Virus record (IMG/VR): IMGVR_UViG_3300035522_000179
Span: 96,001 to 160,000 of that record
Source of the DNA: a virus
Taxonomy: Duplodnaviria > Caudoviricetes
Length of the DNA stretch: 64,000 bases
Strand: one strand, 5' to 3'
The notes under the pieces are model-generated. The model was given only the letters and a program-made list of their open reading frames with translations. It was not told where the DNA came from and searched no databases. This document shows positions 29,239 to 38,028 of this stretch, piece by piece. The stretch's first letter is position 1; each line of letters starts with the position of its first letter. Both the position numbers and the translations under genes were made by a program.

Positions 29239-29970
29239 ATGGCGCAAAATTACGGAACAAGGGACACACGTAAAGAATTAAAAGATACAAAATTTTTACT
29301 GAAAGATGTTGCAAAAAGAATCACGGAAGCAAAAAAAAACGGGGACGTGGATGAATTGGAAAAATGCACTCATGAAATTGATGCATTTATAGATCATCTG
29401 AAAAAGGTAAAATTGAATGGGTATGACCTTAGACTCAGTAAAGAATTATTTGAACAATTGAGCAAAGGAGCGATGCAAGCTGGAGCAATAATCGGTTTGG
29501 GATTTGGTGCATGTGCTGCTTTAACAAATAGGATGAAAAAAACGGACGCTAAATACCGGAAAATGTGTTATGATAACTTCCGTAATATGGATGGAAACAT
29601 GAGTACTAATCCGGATAAGTTGAGATACGGTCTGGAATTAACGAAAGTTGCCAATAAGTCGGATAGACGCATTAAAAGTGCTGAAGCGTTAACAAGATCT
29701 ATGGGAGCTAATGCAGCAGTGGCTATCACTGGTGGATCTTTATGTGGAATAAACAGTATGCGAATTGATCAATTGCAGAAGAATTTGGACAAGCAAATAA
29801 AAAAGTTAGAAGACATGAGTAGAGAGTTAAAAGCAGAAATCAAACAATTGAAATCTCAACAGCGTGCTATAAAAGAATCAGTAGAGGATATTAAGTTGGA
29901 GATTTATGAGTCCTGTCGGTATGGAGAAATCAGTGAAGAGGAAATGGAAATACTTTTAAATATGATATAA
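29239..29970 (+). CDS. helical protein with hydrophobic segments and conserved C-terminal KESVEDIKLEIYESC tag (copy A)
   Basis: Ends IKESVEDIKLEIYESCRYGEISEEEMEILLNMI; late promoter upstream. Confidence 0.85.
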   Translation: MAQNYGTRDTRKELKDTKFLLKDVAKRITEAKKNGDVDELEKCTHEIDAFIDHLKKVKLNGYDLRLSKELFEQLSKGAMQAGAIIGLGFGACAALTNRMKKTDAKYRKMCYDNFRNMDGNMSTNPDKLRYGLELTKVANKSDRRIKSAEALTRSMGANAAVAITGGSLCGINSMRIDQLQKNLDKQIKKLEDMSRELKAEIKQLKSQQRAIKESVEDIKLEIYESCRYGEISEEEMEILLNMI

Positions 29971-29988
29971 AGGAGAAAACGGATATGA
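29867..29988 (+). repeat. 122-nt dispersed repeat (tag + stop + RBS + next ATG), copy A
   Basis: First 31 nt and last 45 nt are identical to 37203-37324. Confidence 0.9.
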
Positions 29989-30161
29989 TTTCTTTAGATC
30001 TTGATTCAACTATAGATAACGAAAGATCGAATTCACTCAAAGACAAAGATTCACGGAACGCAGAAATCTGTAAGAATGAATCTGTGGAAGATTTTAAACT
30101 TTCTATCTTTGGAGTGAAATCTCTGAAAGGGAAAGGGATTTTCGTTTAGAACCTGATATAA
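29985..30161 (+). pseudogene. decayed tag-family gene remnant
   Basis: 54-aa ORF 29985-30149 contains KNESVEDFKLSIF; after a frameshift the DNA reads EISERERDF, the second half of the tag. Confidence 0.65.
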
Positions 30162-30169
30162 AAAATCAA

Positions 30170-30213
30170 AAAAAAAAGAGAGGGATTTTAAATCCCTCTC
30201 TTTTCTCTTTTTT
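30170..30213. terminator. bidirectional intrinsic terminator
   Basis: AAAAGAGAGGGATTT-t-AAATCCCTCTCTTTT. Confidence 0.8.
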
Positions 30214-30230
30214 TTGTTTACTTGTTGATA

Positions 30231-30803
30231 TTACTCTTCGATCTTCCTCGCAATTCCGAGTACTTCGCCATTCATGGAATCCACTACTTCAATTCCTACT
30301 GTAGGAAGACCAAAGGAAAGTGCGCGATTGTATGCTGCAGTCCTGTAGATCAAACCAGTGTTGATGTCCATAAAGTCAGCGTTCTGATACATTGGGGACT
30401 TTGCAATCTCATAGACGTCAGGTCCGTTTGAATTAGAATGATGCTTTTTAGGACTTCCAGTAGGTTCCGCAGACATCTTTGATTTTTCATCATAACGTAA
30501 CCTTTCATTCCAGTCCTTCTCACTACGCTCAATATTCCATGCCTTATACATCTTCTCGATGTAATCTTTTACAGCACATGCAATGTCATCAAACCACCCA
30601 AAGTGATCATATACAATCTCGTCATTAAGTACCCGTTTGCAATATTCCTTGAAATCATCCGACGAGTTAGAATAGAAAATGTTATCCAGTTCGGAAACAT
30701 CCTGGTTCTTAAGCCAGTCGCGAAACCCAATAGCATTAATCATCCAGGAATAATCATTACTCATGAGAAACGCGGATAACCGTTCACATCTTATTGTGAT
30801 CAT
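30231..30803 (-). CDS. hypothetical protein (190 aa)
   Basis: GAGGAG RBS. Confidence 0.75.
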   Translation of the reverse strand: MITIRCERLSAFLMSNDYSWMINAIGFRDWLKNQDVSELDNIFYSNSSDDFKEYCKRVLNDEIVYDHFGWFDDIACAVKDYIEKMYKAWNIERSEKDWNERLRYDEKSKMSAEPTGSPKKHHSNSNGPDVYEIAKSPMYQNADFMDINTGLIYRTAAYNRALSFGLPTVGIEVVDSMNGEVLGIARKIEE

Positions 30804-30828
30804 AATTCAATACTCCTCTCTCTTTGAT

Positions 30829-31254
30829 TTAGATCGTATAGAACTTAATTCCGTAATTCTTCTCTCTTCTGTCATAGAACACCCCGCAAACAACACCAGG
30901 AAGAGAATTGAGTTTGATTATCTCATCCACAGAAACGTTGTCAATGTCACGATTTCTGAACTCGCAACCAAGACTGAGATTGTACAGAAACATTGCTGCA
31001 GAAGGTGCATCATGAAATCTTCTCTTGTGATAGATTCTATTCAGAACGGTAACGGTTACTTCATCGTCCTTGCGTGCGTTCTCTTCTGCGTAGTTGATGC
31101 TAATTCCATACTCGTCCAAGTCGTACTTGCGGCACTTGCTGTTGAAAGCTCTGATTGTAATCATTATTCTTGATCTTTCGGAATCAAGATGCCTCTCAAT
31201 CTCTCTTACAGCATTTTTCATTTTAGCTTCTGTCAACTCTGTCAATCCGATCAT
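30829..31254 (-). CDS. hypothetical protein, paralog of 31498..31917
   Basis: GGAGGT RBS; shares FN..C, LNRIY and terminal FY.I with the neighbour. Confidence 0.75.
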   Translation of the reverse strand: MIGLTELTEAKMKNAVREIERHLDSERSRIMITIRAFNSKCRKYDLDEYGISINYAEENARKDDEVTVTVLNRIYHKRRFHDAPSAAMFLYNLSLGCEFRNRDIDNVSVDEIIKLNSLPGVVCGVFYDRREKNYGIKFYTI

Positions 31255-31450
31255 AAGTACCTCCAGGCTCTTGATATTATCTCCACCTAAAATGTTTTTT
31301 TTGTTTTTACTTTCGTCCGTTCATTCATACTAGGACCACAGTAAATTATATGAAGTTTTAAATCAGATTTGAGTAATTAAATTACTTTATTTATTCTGAT
31401 TCACGAAAATGATATATCATTAATAATATTGACTTTCCGGGACCGCGATA

Positions 31451-31495
31451 AAAAAGAAAGAGTTTGGATTATTCCAAACTCTTTCTCTTATGTAT
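31451..31495 (-). terminator. intrinsic terminator, near-identical to 31930-31967
   Basis: AGAGTTTGGA-ttat-TCCAAACTCT. Confidence 0.75.
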
Positions 31496-31497
31496 TT

Positions 31498-31917
31498 TTA
31501 GATATAATAAAATACCATCTTACAGGTACGGTCAATAAACTCTTCATGAAGAAACACCTTCTTACATACAATTGGGTATTTCTTGGATTTGTAGGTAGAC
31601 ATACTAAAAGCATATTCTTTACTAATTACAAAGCCTAAATCAAGTTTAGAGAGTTCTGACAACAAGTCGTAGTCATGTCCAAATATATGATCTCCATAGA
31701 TCCTATTCAAATTTTCAACTGTTTCTTTTATGGAACTTTCAACAGTCACCATAGAATTCGTGATACCATCATTTTTAATCCAAATCATTTTATCCTTGAA
31801 TCCAAGTTGTTCACATTCCTTGTTGAATGTTGCAATTGACTGTAAGAGGAAATCTCTCTTTACCTGAATAAGTCCTTTTGCATTTACTGAATTTTCTGTG
31901 TTCATAATTACCTCCAT
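31498..31917 (-). CDS. hypothetical protein, paralog of 30829..31254
   Basis: GGAGGT RBS (start possibly 31905); FNKEC, LNRIY, FYYI. Confidence 0.75.
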   Translation of the reverse strand: MEVIMNTENSVNAKGLIQVKRDFLLQSIATFNKECEQLGFKDKMIWIKNDGITNSMVTVESSIKETVENLNRIYGDHIFGHDYDLLSELSKLDLGFVISKEYAFSMSTYKSKKYPIVCKKVFLHEEFIDRTCKMVFYYI

Positions 31918-31929
31918 TTGTTGATAATA

Positions 31930-31967
31930 AAGAAGAGTTTGGATTTTTCCAAACTCTTCTTTATGTA
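31930..31967 (-). terminator. intrinsic terminator, near-identical to 31451-31495
   Basis: AGAGTTTGGA-tttt-TCCAAACTCT. Confidence 0.75.
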
Positions 31968-31971
31968 GGGA

Positions 31972-32292
31972 TTACTCTTCGTATCCCATCACTTGAATTC
32001 CGTACTCACGTGCACAGGTATTCTCGACTCTACATCCACGATAGTTCGACCATCCTTCGCAGAAATATGCAACATCTGCAGTTGAGAGAAGTTCCAGACT
32101 CTTTGCCAAAAACCACAGAGGTCTTGCATCATGAGGAGCATTCTCAAAGAAGCTGTCGATCAATTCGATATCATCTGTTCCAAGCTCCTTCTTTGCTGTT
32201 TGGATGGCGTCTGCTCTCTCTCGTTTAATCTCCTCATCTGTTTTGTCTCTCATTGGTTGACTAATAAAAAGTTTCATTGTTTCTTCCTCCAT
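31972..32292 (-). CDS. DUF4406 / nucleoside 2-deoxyribosyltransferase-like protein
   Basis: KLFISQPM..LLSTADVAYFCEGWSNYRGCRVE signature. Confidence 0.75.
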   Translation of the reverse strand: MEEETMKLFISQPMRDKTDEEIKRERADAIQTAKKELGTDDIELIDSFFENAPHDARPLWFLAKSLELLSTADVAYFCEGWSNYRGCRVENTCAREYGIQVMGYEE

Positions 32293-32319
32293 TTTTCTTT
32301 TATGTTTTCATACTGTTTT

Positions 32320-32526
32320 TCACTTTATTAAAATATAGAAATTTAACGATGCCAAAACGGTCATGATGAAGGATACAATCAGAATCGATATGAGAAGTGC
32401 TACATACGTAGAACTTTCTTTCTTCATTTTTGGAAGACCGTTTCCAATCACCAATCCAATTCCCATACTAAGTAAAAACATAATAAACAAACCTGATCCG
32501 TGCCAAACCCAAAGTATTGGACTCAT
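32320..32526 (-). CDS. small two-TM membrane protein (start revised to ATG 32526)
   Basis: AAAGGAG RBS before MSPILWVW; two hydrophobic helices. Confidence 0.7.
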   Translation of the reverse strand: MSPILWVWHGSGLFIMFLLSMGIGLVIGNGLPKMKKESSTYVALLISILIVSFIMTVLASLNFYILIK

Positions 32527-32682
32527 TTTTAATCTCCTTTCTTCATTATTTTTCTCTTTGTGATTTAATAGATCAATATAACGATAATACAAAATATCAC
32601 AAAGCAAAACCAAAACCAATCACTCACTTCATAGATCCTTTCTTTCCAGCTACAACTATGATGTCAAGAAAATAATATACGA

Positions 32683-33498
32683 TTAAAAATAATACAACTT
32701 AAAGTAAATGTCAAAGTATTCATGGTCGATATGAACCCAAGCATAGTAAATCTTTACTAACCCGGAATTTTCCACTTTCCCACACATAAACTCCATAAAG
32801 TTCTGTGTTTTCTCAGTAAAAAACGGAAACACTTGAACGTTTACCTCAATTTTTGGGTAATCCTTATATTGAATCGGAAAGATCTTTTTGATACTAAGTA
32901 TCTCTTCATCTGACAGATCAATCTCTAATGGAAGAAACTCATTACTATCTTTTTTCAGGTGTTCCAATTCTTCGTTCATATGTTGAAGAAGACTCGTTGC
33001 TTTTTCCTCTGGAACAACCATTAGAGTCTGAGAATCTTCTGCTGTTTTTCGTATCAATTCTTTTTGCTCTATGAGTTCATCTACCAGATTCTTCAATAAA
33101 GCGATATCTGGAATATAGAGCATTTCATTTTTTCCTTCGGATTGTAAAATGCTTTGAATTAAAGGAATCAAATCTTCTTTTACTTTCAAAAGGTATTTTC
33201 CTTTTAAGGATTCCGTAGATATCTTTCCGGGAATCAAAAAGGTTCCATTATAAAGATAGAAATCTTTCCGATAAATCTTTGTAAGCTTTACTAAGAAATC
33301 TCGGAAGGCTTTCGTATCTTTTGTTAACTCTTTCTTTTTTTCTTTTAATTCTTTTGCTTCATCCATGATTCTACGTTTTAATTCTTTTAAACTTTTTAAG
33401 TCATGGTCTGGGCTATGAAGTTCTTCGAAATCCTCATAACCCAAGGCAACCATTCGTTTTTCAATATCTTCTTTTAAAGATTCTATTGTATCTGCCAT
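32683..33498 (-). CDS. hypothetical protein (271 aa) downstream of DNA polymerase
   Basis: GAGGT RBS; co-transcribed arrangement. Confidence 0.8.
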   Translation of the reverse strand: MADTIESLKEDIEKRMVALGYEDFEELHSPDHDLKSLKELKRRIMDEAKELKEKKKELTKDTKAFRDFLVKLTKIYRKDFYLYNGTFLIPGKISTESLKGKYLLKVKEDLIPLIQSILQSEGKNEMLYIPDIALLKNLVDELIEQKELIRKTAEDSQTLMVVPEEKATSLLQHMNEELEHLKKDSNEFLPLEIDLSDEEILSIKKIFPIQYKDYPKIEVNVQVFPFFTEKTQNFMEFMCGKVENSGLVKIYYAWVHIDHEYFDIYFKLYYF

Positions 33499-33508
33499 AG
33501 TAATTACC

Positions 33509-35443
33509 TCAATCTAGTTTTGATTTCACTTTTTTATACAGGTCTTCAATAGATGGTAAGTTAAACCATTTATGTCCTGTATTCAACCAGTTCTTTGTTT
33601 GAAAGTTATCAAAGCATTCCTTTGCCACATCATCATGAAAGTCCGAAGACTCTTTTGGAAGAAGTGGTAAATGAGACATGGTATGAACGGGATGTTTTCC
33701 TCCTCGGATATCAAACTGAGCGGAATCCAGTAGGACTTTGAAATACAAAGTACTCGGGTCAATATTCATTGCAAATATGGTACTTGGATAAAACGAAGAC
33801 ATATCCATGTCAATTCCATATTGGAAAATATTATTGGTTGGTTTATCTCCATACAGAGCCATTCCCACTGGAAGATTTAATCTAGGGTCTCCAACCAATG
33901 CTCCTTCAAATCCTTTTTTCTTTTTTCCACTACTCTCTTCTTCGTCATCATCCTCTTCATCCGGTTCTTCTTGAGAACCGAAGGGTGTTACATTTTGGTT
34001 TTCGCCTGGAATCTTTCCACCCATTATGAAATCATAATACTGATAGTTTCGAAGTTTCACGGTTTGTTTAAACTCCGAATCATACGGTGTGATGTTTTGA
34101 TAAGCTGTCATGTAGTAGTTTTCCAAGTCTTTTGTCTTATCTTCGATTCCTTTTTGGAGAAGTACGTCTTTGATGTTATAAATGAAATACTTCTTGTAAT
34201 TTCGATAAGGGAAGAACTTAATACTTCCCTCTTCTCCATAGTCTAATTTGGAATCTTTTACGACTTTCTTACCAACGTAGTTTAAACTAAAGGAACGCAT
34301 TTCTGGCTGACTCTTTCGAATCGCTGCATACGTTCTCATTTGGCAGACATAGTTCGTATATCCGGTATTAAAAAAGAAATCCGTTTTGGATTTGATATCG
34401 AAATGAAAATTGTCTTTTTTAAACCAGCATTCTTTCACTTCGAAATCTTTATGGCAAAACAAATCTCTCGGGTCTAACCCTAAGACTTTCGCTCTCTCGT
34501 AAATATAGTTTACGTCGAACTCGAAGTTCCAAAACTCTACGAAATCAAATTTTCGTTTGTTGATTAATTCAAACAGATGCGTAATCATCTTTGCTTCATC
34601 TTTATAAAAGAAGAATTTATAGTCTAAGACACCATAAGATTCATCAAACATCTCATGAAGTTCTTTTTTCACTTCGTCTTGATGCTCGATGAAATCCATC
34701 TCCTGTAAATGTCTTTGTTCATGAAGCTCGTTTAAATAAGCTTGTTTTTCTCTTTGTTCTTGGGTCATGAAGGTAGTATCTTTTACTTGGTATTCTCTTC
34801 CTACCAAAGCAAAAGTATAACACTTCATCCCATCATTGTCAATTAACGTTACCAAATCAATTGGACAAGTATTTGGATCTGAGGAACCTTCCACATCTAA
34901 GAAGTCTACCTCGATGTCTGCAAATGCTTTGGAAATTGGTTTTGGTAAATCGTTATCATAGGTTGTAATCCATTTGTATCGATAATACGCTCGGATATCG
35001 TAATCTGCTCCATATACATATGGATACTTATAAAGTTCTTTTAATTCTCCAAATCGTTTTGTCTTATAGCAATCATCTGCAAATGCTTTGGTGGCATCTC
35101 CACCATCTTCAATAATTGCAGATAAAATATTCTTATACTCTACGGATTTCTTCTCTACCCTAGAGAGTAACTGATAATTTAAAGCATAAGGCTTCCCATA
35201 TCCATCCAAATGAGAAGTCCGATACTCTGGTTTCTCAAAATAAATATCCATCTTTGGATTCGGAACTGTGGTGACGTATTTTTCTAACGTCGTTAAATCT
35301 TTCCAGACGATATATAAAAAGTCTGGAGTTCCTTCTTTCTTATTTTCTTTTACGTATTGAATATCCACTAACATTGAATCTTCTCTACCAATTGACCGAT
35401 TCATAGTTTCATTCATCCTTTCTACATATAACCTTATACCCAT
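33509..35443 (-). CDS. polB: family B DNA polymerase, N-terminal (exonuclease + motif A) subunit of a split enzyme; probable start 35404
   Basis: ExoI FADIEVD, ExoII FWNFEFDVNY, ExoIII YNIKDV, motif A DMDMSSFYPS; motifs B and C absent. Confidence 0.88.
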   Translation of the reverse strand: MGIRLYVERMNETMNRSIGREDSMLVDIQYVKENKKEGTPDFLYIVWKDLTTLEKYVTTVPNPKMDIYFEKPEYRTSHLDGYGKPYALNYQLLSRVEKKSVEYKNILSAIIEDGGDATKAFADDCYKTKRFGELKELYKYPYVYGADYDIRAYYRYKWITTYDNDLPKPISKAFADIEVDFLDVEGSSDPNTCPIDLVTLIDNDGMKCYTFALVGREYQVKDTTFMTQEQREKQAYLNELHEQRHLQEMDFIEHQDEVKKELHEMFDESYGVLDYKFFFYKDEAKMITHLFELINKRKFDFVEFWNFEFDVNYIYERAKVLGLDPRDLFCHKDFEVKECWFKKDNFHFDIKSKTDFFFNTGYTNYVCQMRTYAAIRKSQPEMRSFSLNYVGKKVVKDSKLDYGEEGSIKFFPYRNYKKYFIYNIKDVLLQKGIEDKTKDLENYYMTAYQNITPYDSEFKQTVKLRNYQYYDFIMGGKIPGENQNVTPFGSQEEPDEEDDDEEESSGKKKKGFEGALVGDPRLNLPVGMALYGDKPTNNIFQYGIDMDMSSFYPSTIFAMNIDPSTLYFKVLLDSAQFDIRGGKHPVHTMSHLPLLPKESSDFHDDVAKECFDNFQTKNWLNTGHKWFNLPSIEDLYKKVKSKLD

Positions 35444-35485
35444 GTTTTTTGACGCTTAATTTACCATTCATTCAACAGATTCGTA
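35435..35485. promoter_or_regulatory. divergent pair of AACA-N6-TA promoters (- at 35435-35446, + at 35474-35485)
   Basis: Exact motif on both strands. Confidence 0.6.
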
Positions 35486-35517
35486 AAGCGAACTTATAAG
35501 AAAGGAGAAAGAACCTT

Positions 35518-36495
35518 ATGAGTAAAAAAGAACCTGACGAGTATGTACCGAAAAGAAGAAAGAAAGAAGACGTGTTAAAAGATCTGGATGATCTTGACAG
35601 TATTGAAAATATCTTTTTGGTTTCTTCCGTAAAAAAGAAGGAAGAAGAGAAAAAAGAAGAAAAGATAGAAGATGCTTCTAGTTATGATGGAGATTGGCTG
35701 GATACCTTAACGGCTCTTCGGACAGAGAAGAAAAGACACAAAGGAATTGCAGATCTGTTTGGAGATAGTGAATCGGATAAAAAGAAGAAAAAGAAAAAGA
35801 AGAAAGAAAACGGACCGGTCGATCATAGTGATGACTTTGAAAGAGAGATTATGCTCCTTCAGAGTATCTTAAATGATCAGACAAAACTCTCTTCTTCTTT
35901 ACAGAGTAGATACGACAGTTTGGATCGGCAGAAGTCTGCTGCTAGAGGAGTTGGTAAGTTTACAACAGATCTTATCACTACCTTAAACACTTCTAGAAGT
36001 TTGTCAAAAGATATCGTAAAAGAAATTGCAAATATCAAGAAGAATATTGCTGAACTGAACATGAAAGAAAAAGAGAAGTTTGCAAAAGATAGCATCTTTG
36101 ATGGAGAGAACATGGGTCAGTTTGCTTCCAGTTATTTAAAACAGATCATGGGAAATTCCAAAGAGTTTGGAGAAGGTGTTGGGTATGGAATTGACGATGT
36201 ATCCGACGGCGATGACTTCTTTGATGATATGGAGTTTAACATGAGAACTTCAGAAGGATATGAAGGAAGATCCGACAGTGCAGAGAAGTACTTGAAGTAC
36301 GAAGGATCCAATGTATCCGTAAAAGTGATGTATGATAAAGCATCCGATACCAAGACCTTTATTGCAGAAGACGAAGATGGAAACATCATTGATGATTATC
36401 CTCTTCCGAAAACGATTGACAGCATATCCATCAACCATTCTACTTTGGTTGCAACTGATAGATACGGAAAGAAGTATCCCGTAATTATGATGTAA
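35518..36495 (+). CDS. hypothetical protein (325 aa, charged coiled-coil)
   Basis: AAAGGAG RBS; late-type promoter upstream. Confidence 0.8.
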   Translation: MSKKEPDEYVPKRRKKEDVLKDLDDLDSIENIFLVSSVKKKEEEKKEEKIEDASSYDGDWLDTLTALRTEKKRHKGIADLFGDSESDKKKKKKKKKENGPVDHSDDFEREIMLLQSILNDQTKLSSSLQSRYDSLDRQKSAARGVGKFTTDLITTLNTSRSLSKDIVKEIANIKKNIAELNMKEKEKFAKDSIFDGENMGQFASSYLKQIMGNSKEFGEGVGYGIDDVSDGDDFFDDMEFNMRTSEGYEGRSDSAEKYLKYEGSNVSVKVMYDKASDTKTFIAEDEDGNIIDDYPLPKTIDSISINHSTLVATDRYGKKYPVIMM

Positions 36496-36498
36496 GAT

Positions 36499-36541
36499 AA
36501 TCGAAGATTGAGAACGTAACAATTCTCAATCTTCGATTTTC
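36499..36541 (+). terminator. intrinsic terminator
   Basis: AATCGAAGATTGAGAA-cgtaacaa-TTCTCAATCTTCGATT-tt. Confidence 0.75.
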
Positions 36542-36604
36542 ATTTCTTCTTTTAAATGAAAAGACATTTAAATAAGTATTTTTGATATAAGGAGGTGACT
36601 CTGA

Positions 36605-37306
36605 TTGAACATAGAGAAATTATCAGAACCTGTGAGTGCTAAAGTAGAAGGGGATATCTCTTATCTTGGAAATATAAAAAAAGAAATCAAAGAAATCAAA
36701 AATGATATTCATAGAGCAAAGCAATCAAATGATTTCAATTCTTTAAAGAGAGATGTAAAAAGAATTGATGGTATCATTTCTGATTTGGAAAGAATTAATA
36801 GTAAAATGGATTACAGTACAGATGTCAAGGAATATAGACAGATGTCTGCCGTTTTACTTTCTCTTGGTTCAGTAATCAGTTTACTGTGGGTAGTTCCTGA
36901 TGTGAAAAAGATGATTGACGAAGACAAGCATTACAATGATTCGTTGATAGAAAAATTCATGAGGGAACAGGAAGAAGAGGAAAAGAAAGCTCAGATAAAG
37001 CATCGCTATTTTAAGGAGAAATTATCAAAGCAAGCATATTCCTTAACGAAGTTTCTTGGAACTACCGCTATTGCTGGTGGTGCATACAATGCTTACAATG
37101 CACATTATGTGAATAGTGTAAAAAAGCAATTCAAGAAAACAATTGATACCTTAAAAGAGATGAGTAAAGAAACCAAAACGTATATCGCTACAAGAGGAAG
37201 ATCTATAAAAGAATCAGTAGAGGATATTAAGTTAGAAATTTACGAGTCTTGTAGATATGGGGATATCTCTGAAGAAGAGATGGAAATACTTTTAAATATG
37301 ATATAA
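36605..37306 (+). CDS. helical protein with hydrophobic segments and conserved C-terminal tag (copy B)
   Basis: AGGAGGT RBS with TTG start; GACA-N6-TA at 36563; ends IKESVEDIKLEIYESCRYGDISEEEMEILLNMI. Confidence 0.85.
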   Translation: MNIEKLSEPVSAKVEGDISYLGNIKKEIKEIKNDIHRAKQSNDFNSLKRDVKRIDGIISDLERINSKMDYSTDVKEYRQMSAVLLSLGSVISLLWVVPDVKKMIDEDKHYNDSLIEKFMREQEEEEKKAQIKHRYFKEKLSKQAYSLTKFLGTTAIAGGAYNAYNAHYVNSVKKQFKKTIDTLKEMSKETKTYIATRGRSIKESVEDIKLEIYESCRYGDISEEEMEILLNMI

Positions 37307-37324
37307 AGGAGAAAACGGATATGA
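37203..37324 (+). repeat. 122-nt dispersed repeat, copy B
   Basis: Matches 29867-29988, including the non-coding RBS region. Confidence 0.9.
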
Positions 37325-37950
37325 ATCATTTTGAAATGCTCGCAGAACAAGTTTCCGAGCAATGCTATGAGGAAGCAGAAGCTTATTTGGAAGGAGCAAA
37401 CACCGAAGTTTCTAGAATCGGTAAGAGTGCTCTGAGAGAAAACAAAGCATTATTAAAAGAAGCAAAAAGAGCTTATCGTTTAGGAGAAACGAAAAAAGCG
37501 AAATCTTTACTGGACAAAATCATGAAAAACTTGGATGATGCTCTTGATGAGATCGACAAGATTGACGAAACAACTGGATCTGCACTTATAGGAAATATCG
37601 TGCATTCGTTTATTATGTTTATAAAGTTATTTCTTATACAGCTACTCACGTTTGGTATCGGAACCGGTATTTACGCTATAAAGAAAATGATTGAAAATGT
37701 TGTTGGTACGTTGGATCAGTTTAAACGAGTAAAAGATGTATCTCCAGCAATCGCTAATGCTAAGAGACAATCCCTTAGGGGTATGATTATTAGCTTAAAG
37801 CAGGTTGTAAGTAAAGTGAAAAAAGAAATGGGTTCTGATGGAGAAGATGTAGAGGAATCCACAGGACTTCAACTCGATATTTATGAGTCTTGCAAAAATG
37901 GAAATATCTCAGAAAGAGAAAAAGAAATACTTCTAGATTTAGTACAATAA
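37321..37950 (+). CDS. helical protein with TM-like segment and divergent C-terminal tag (copy D)
   Basis: Ends EESTGLQLDIYESCKNGNISEREKEILLDLVQ; hydrophobic FIMFIKLFLIQLLTFGIGTGIY. Confidence 0.85.
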   Translation: MNHFEMLAEQVSEQCYEEAEAYLEGANTEVSRIGKSALRENKALLKEAKRAYRLGETKKAKSLLDKIMKNLDDALDEIDKIDETTGSALIGNIVHSFIMFIKLFLIQLLTFGIGTGIYAIKKMIENVVGTLDQFKRVKDVSPAIANAKRQSLRGMIISLKQVVSKVKKEMGSDGEDVEESTGLQLDIYESCKNGNISEREKEILLDLVQ

Positions 37951-38028
37951 TAACTTTATCCTAGGTGGAGGAGTACAATTCAAGTACCCCCCCCCCCTAG
38001 GATTTTTTATGTAAGGAGGATATAAAGA

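Noticed and set aside
31451-31967. Repeated palindromes as a CRISPR array or attC sites
   Set aside because: Only two copies about 480 nt apart, with terminator-like A/T flanks; no cas gene or integrase.
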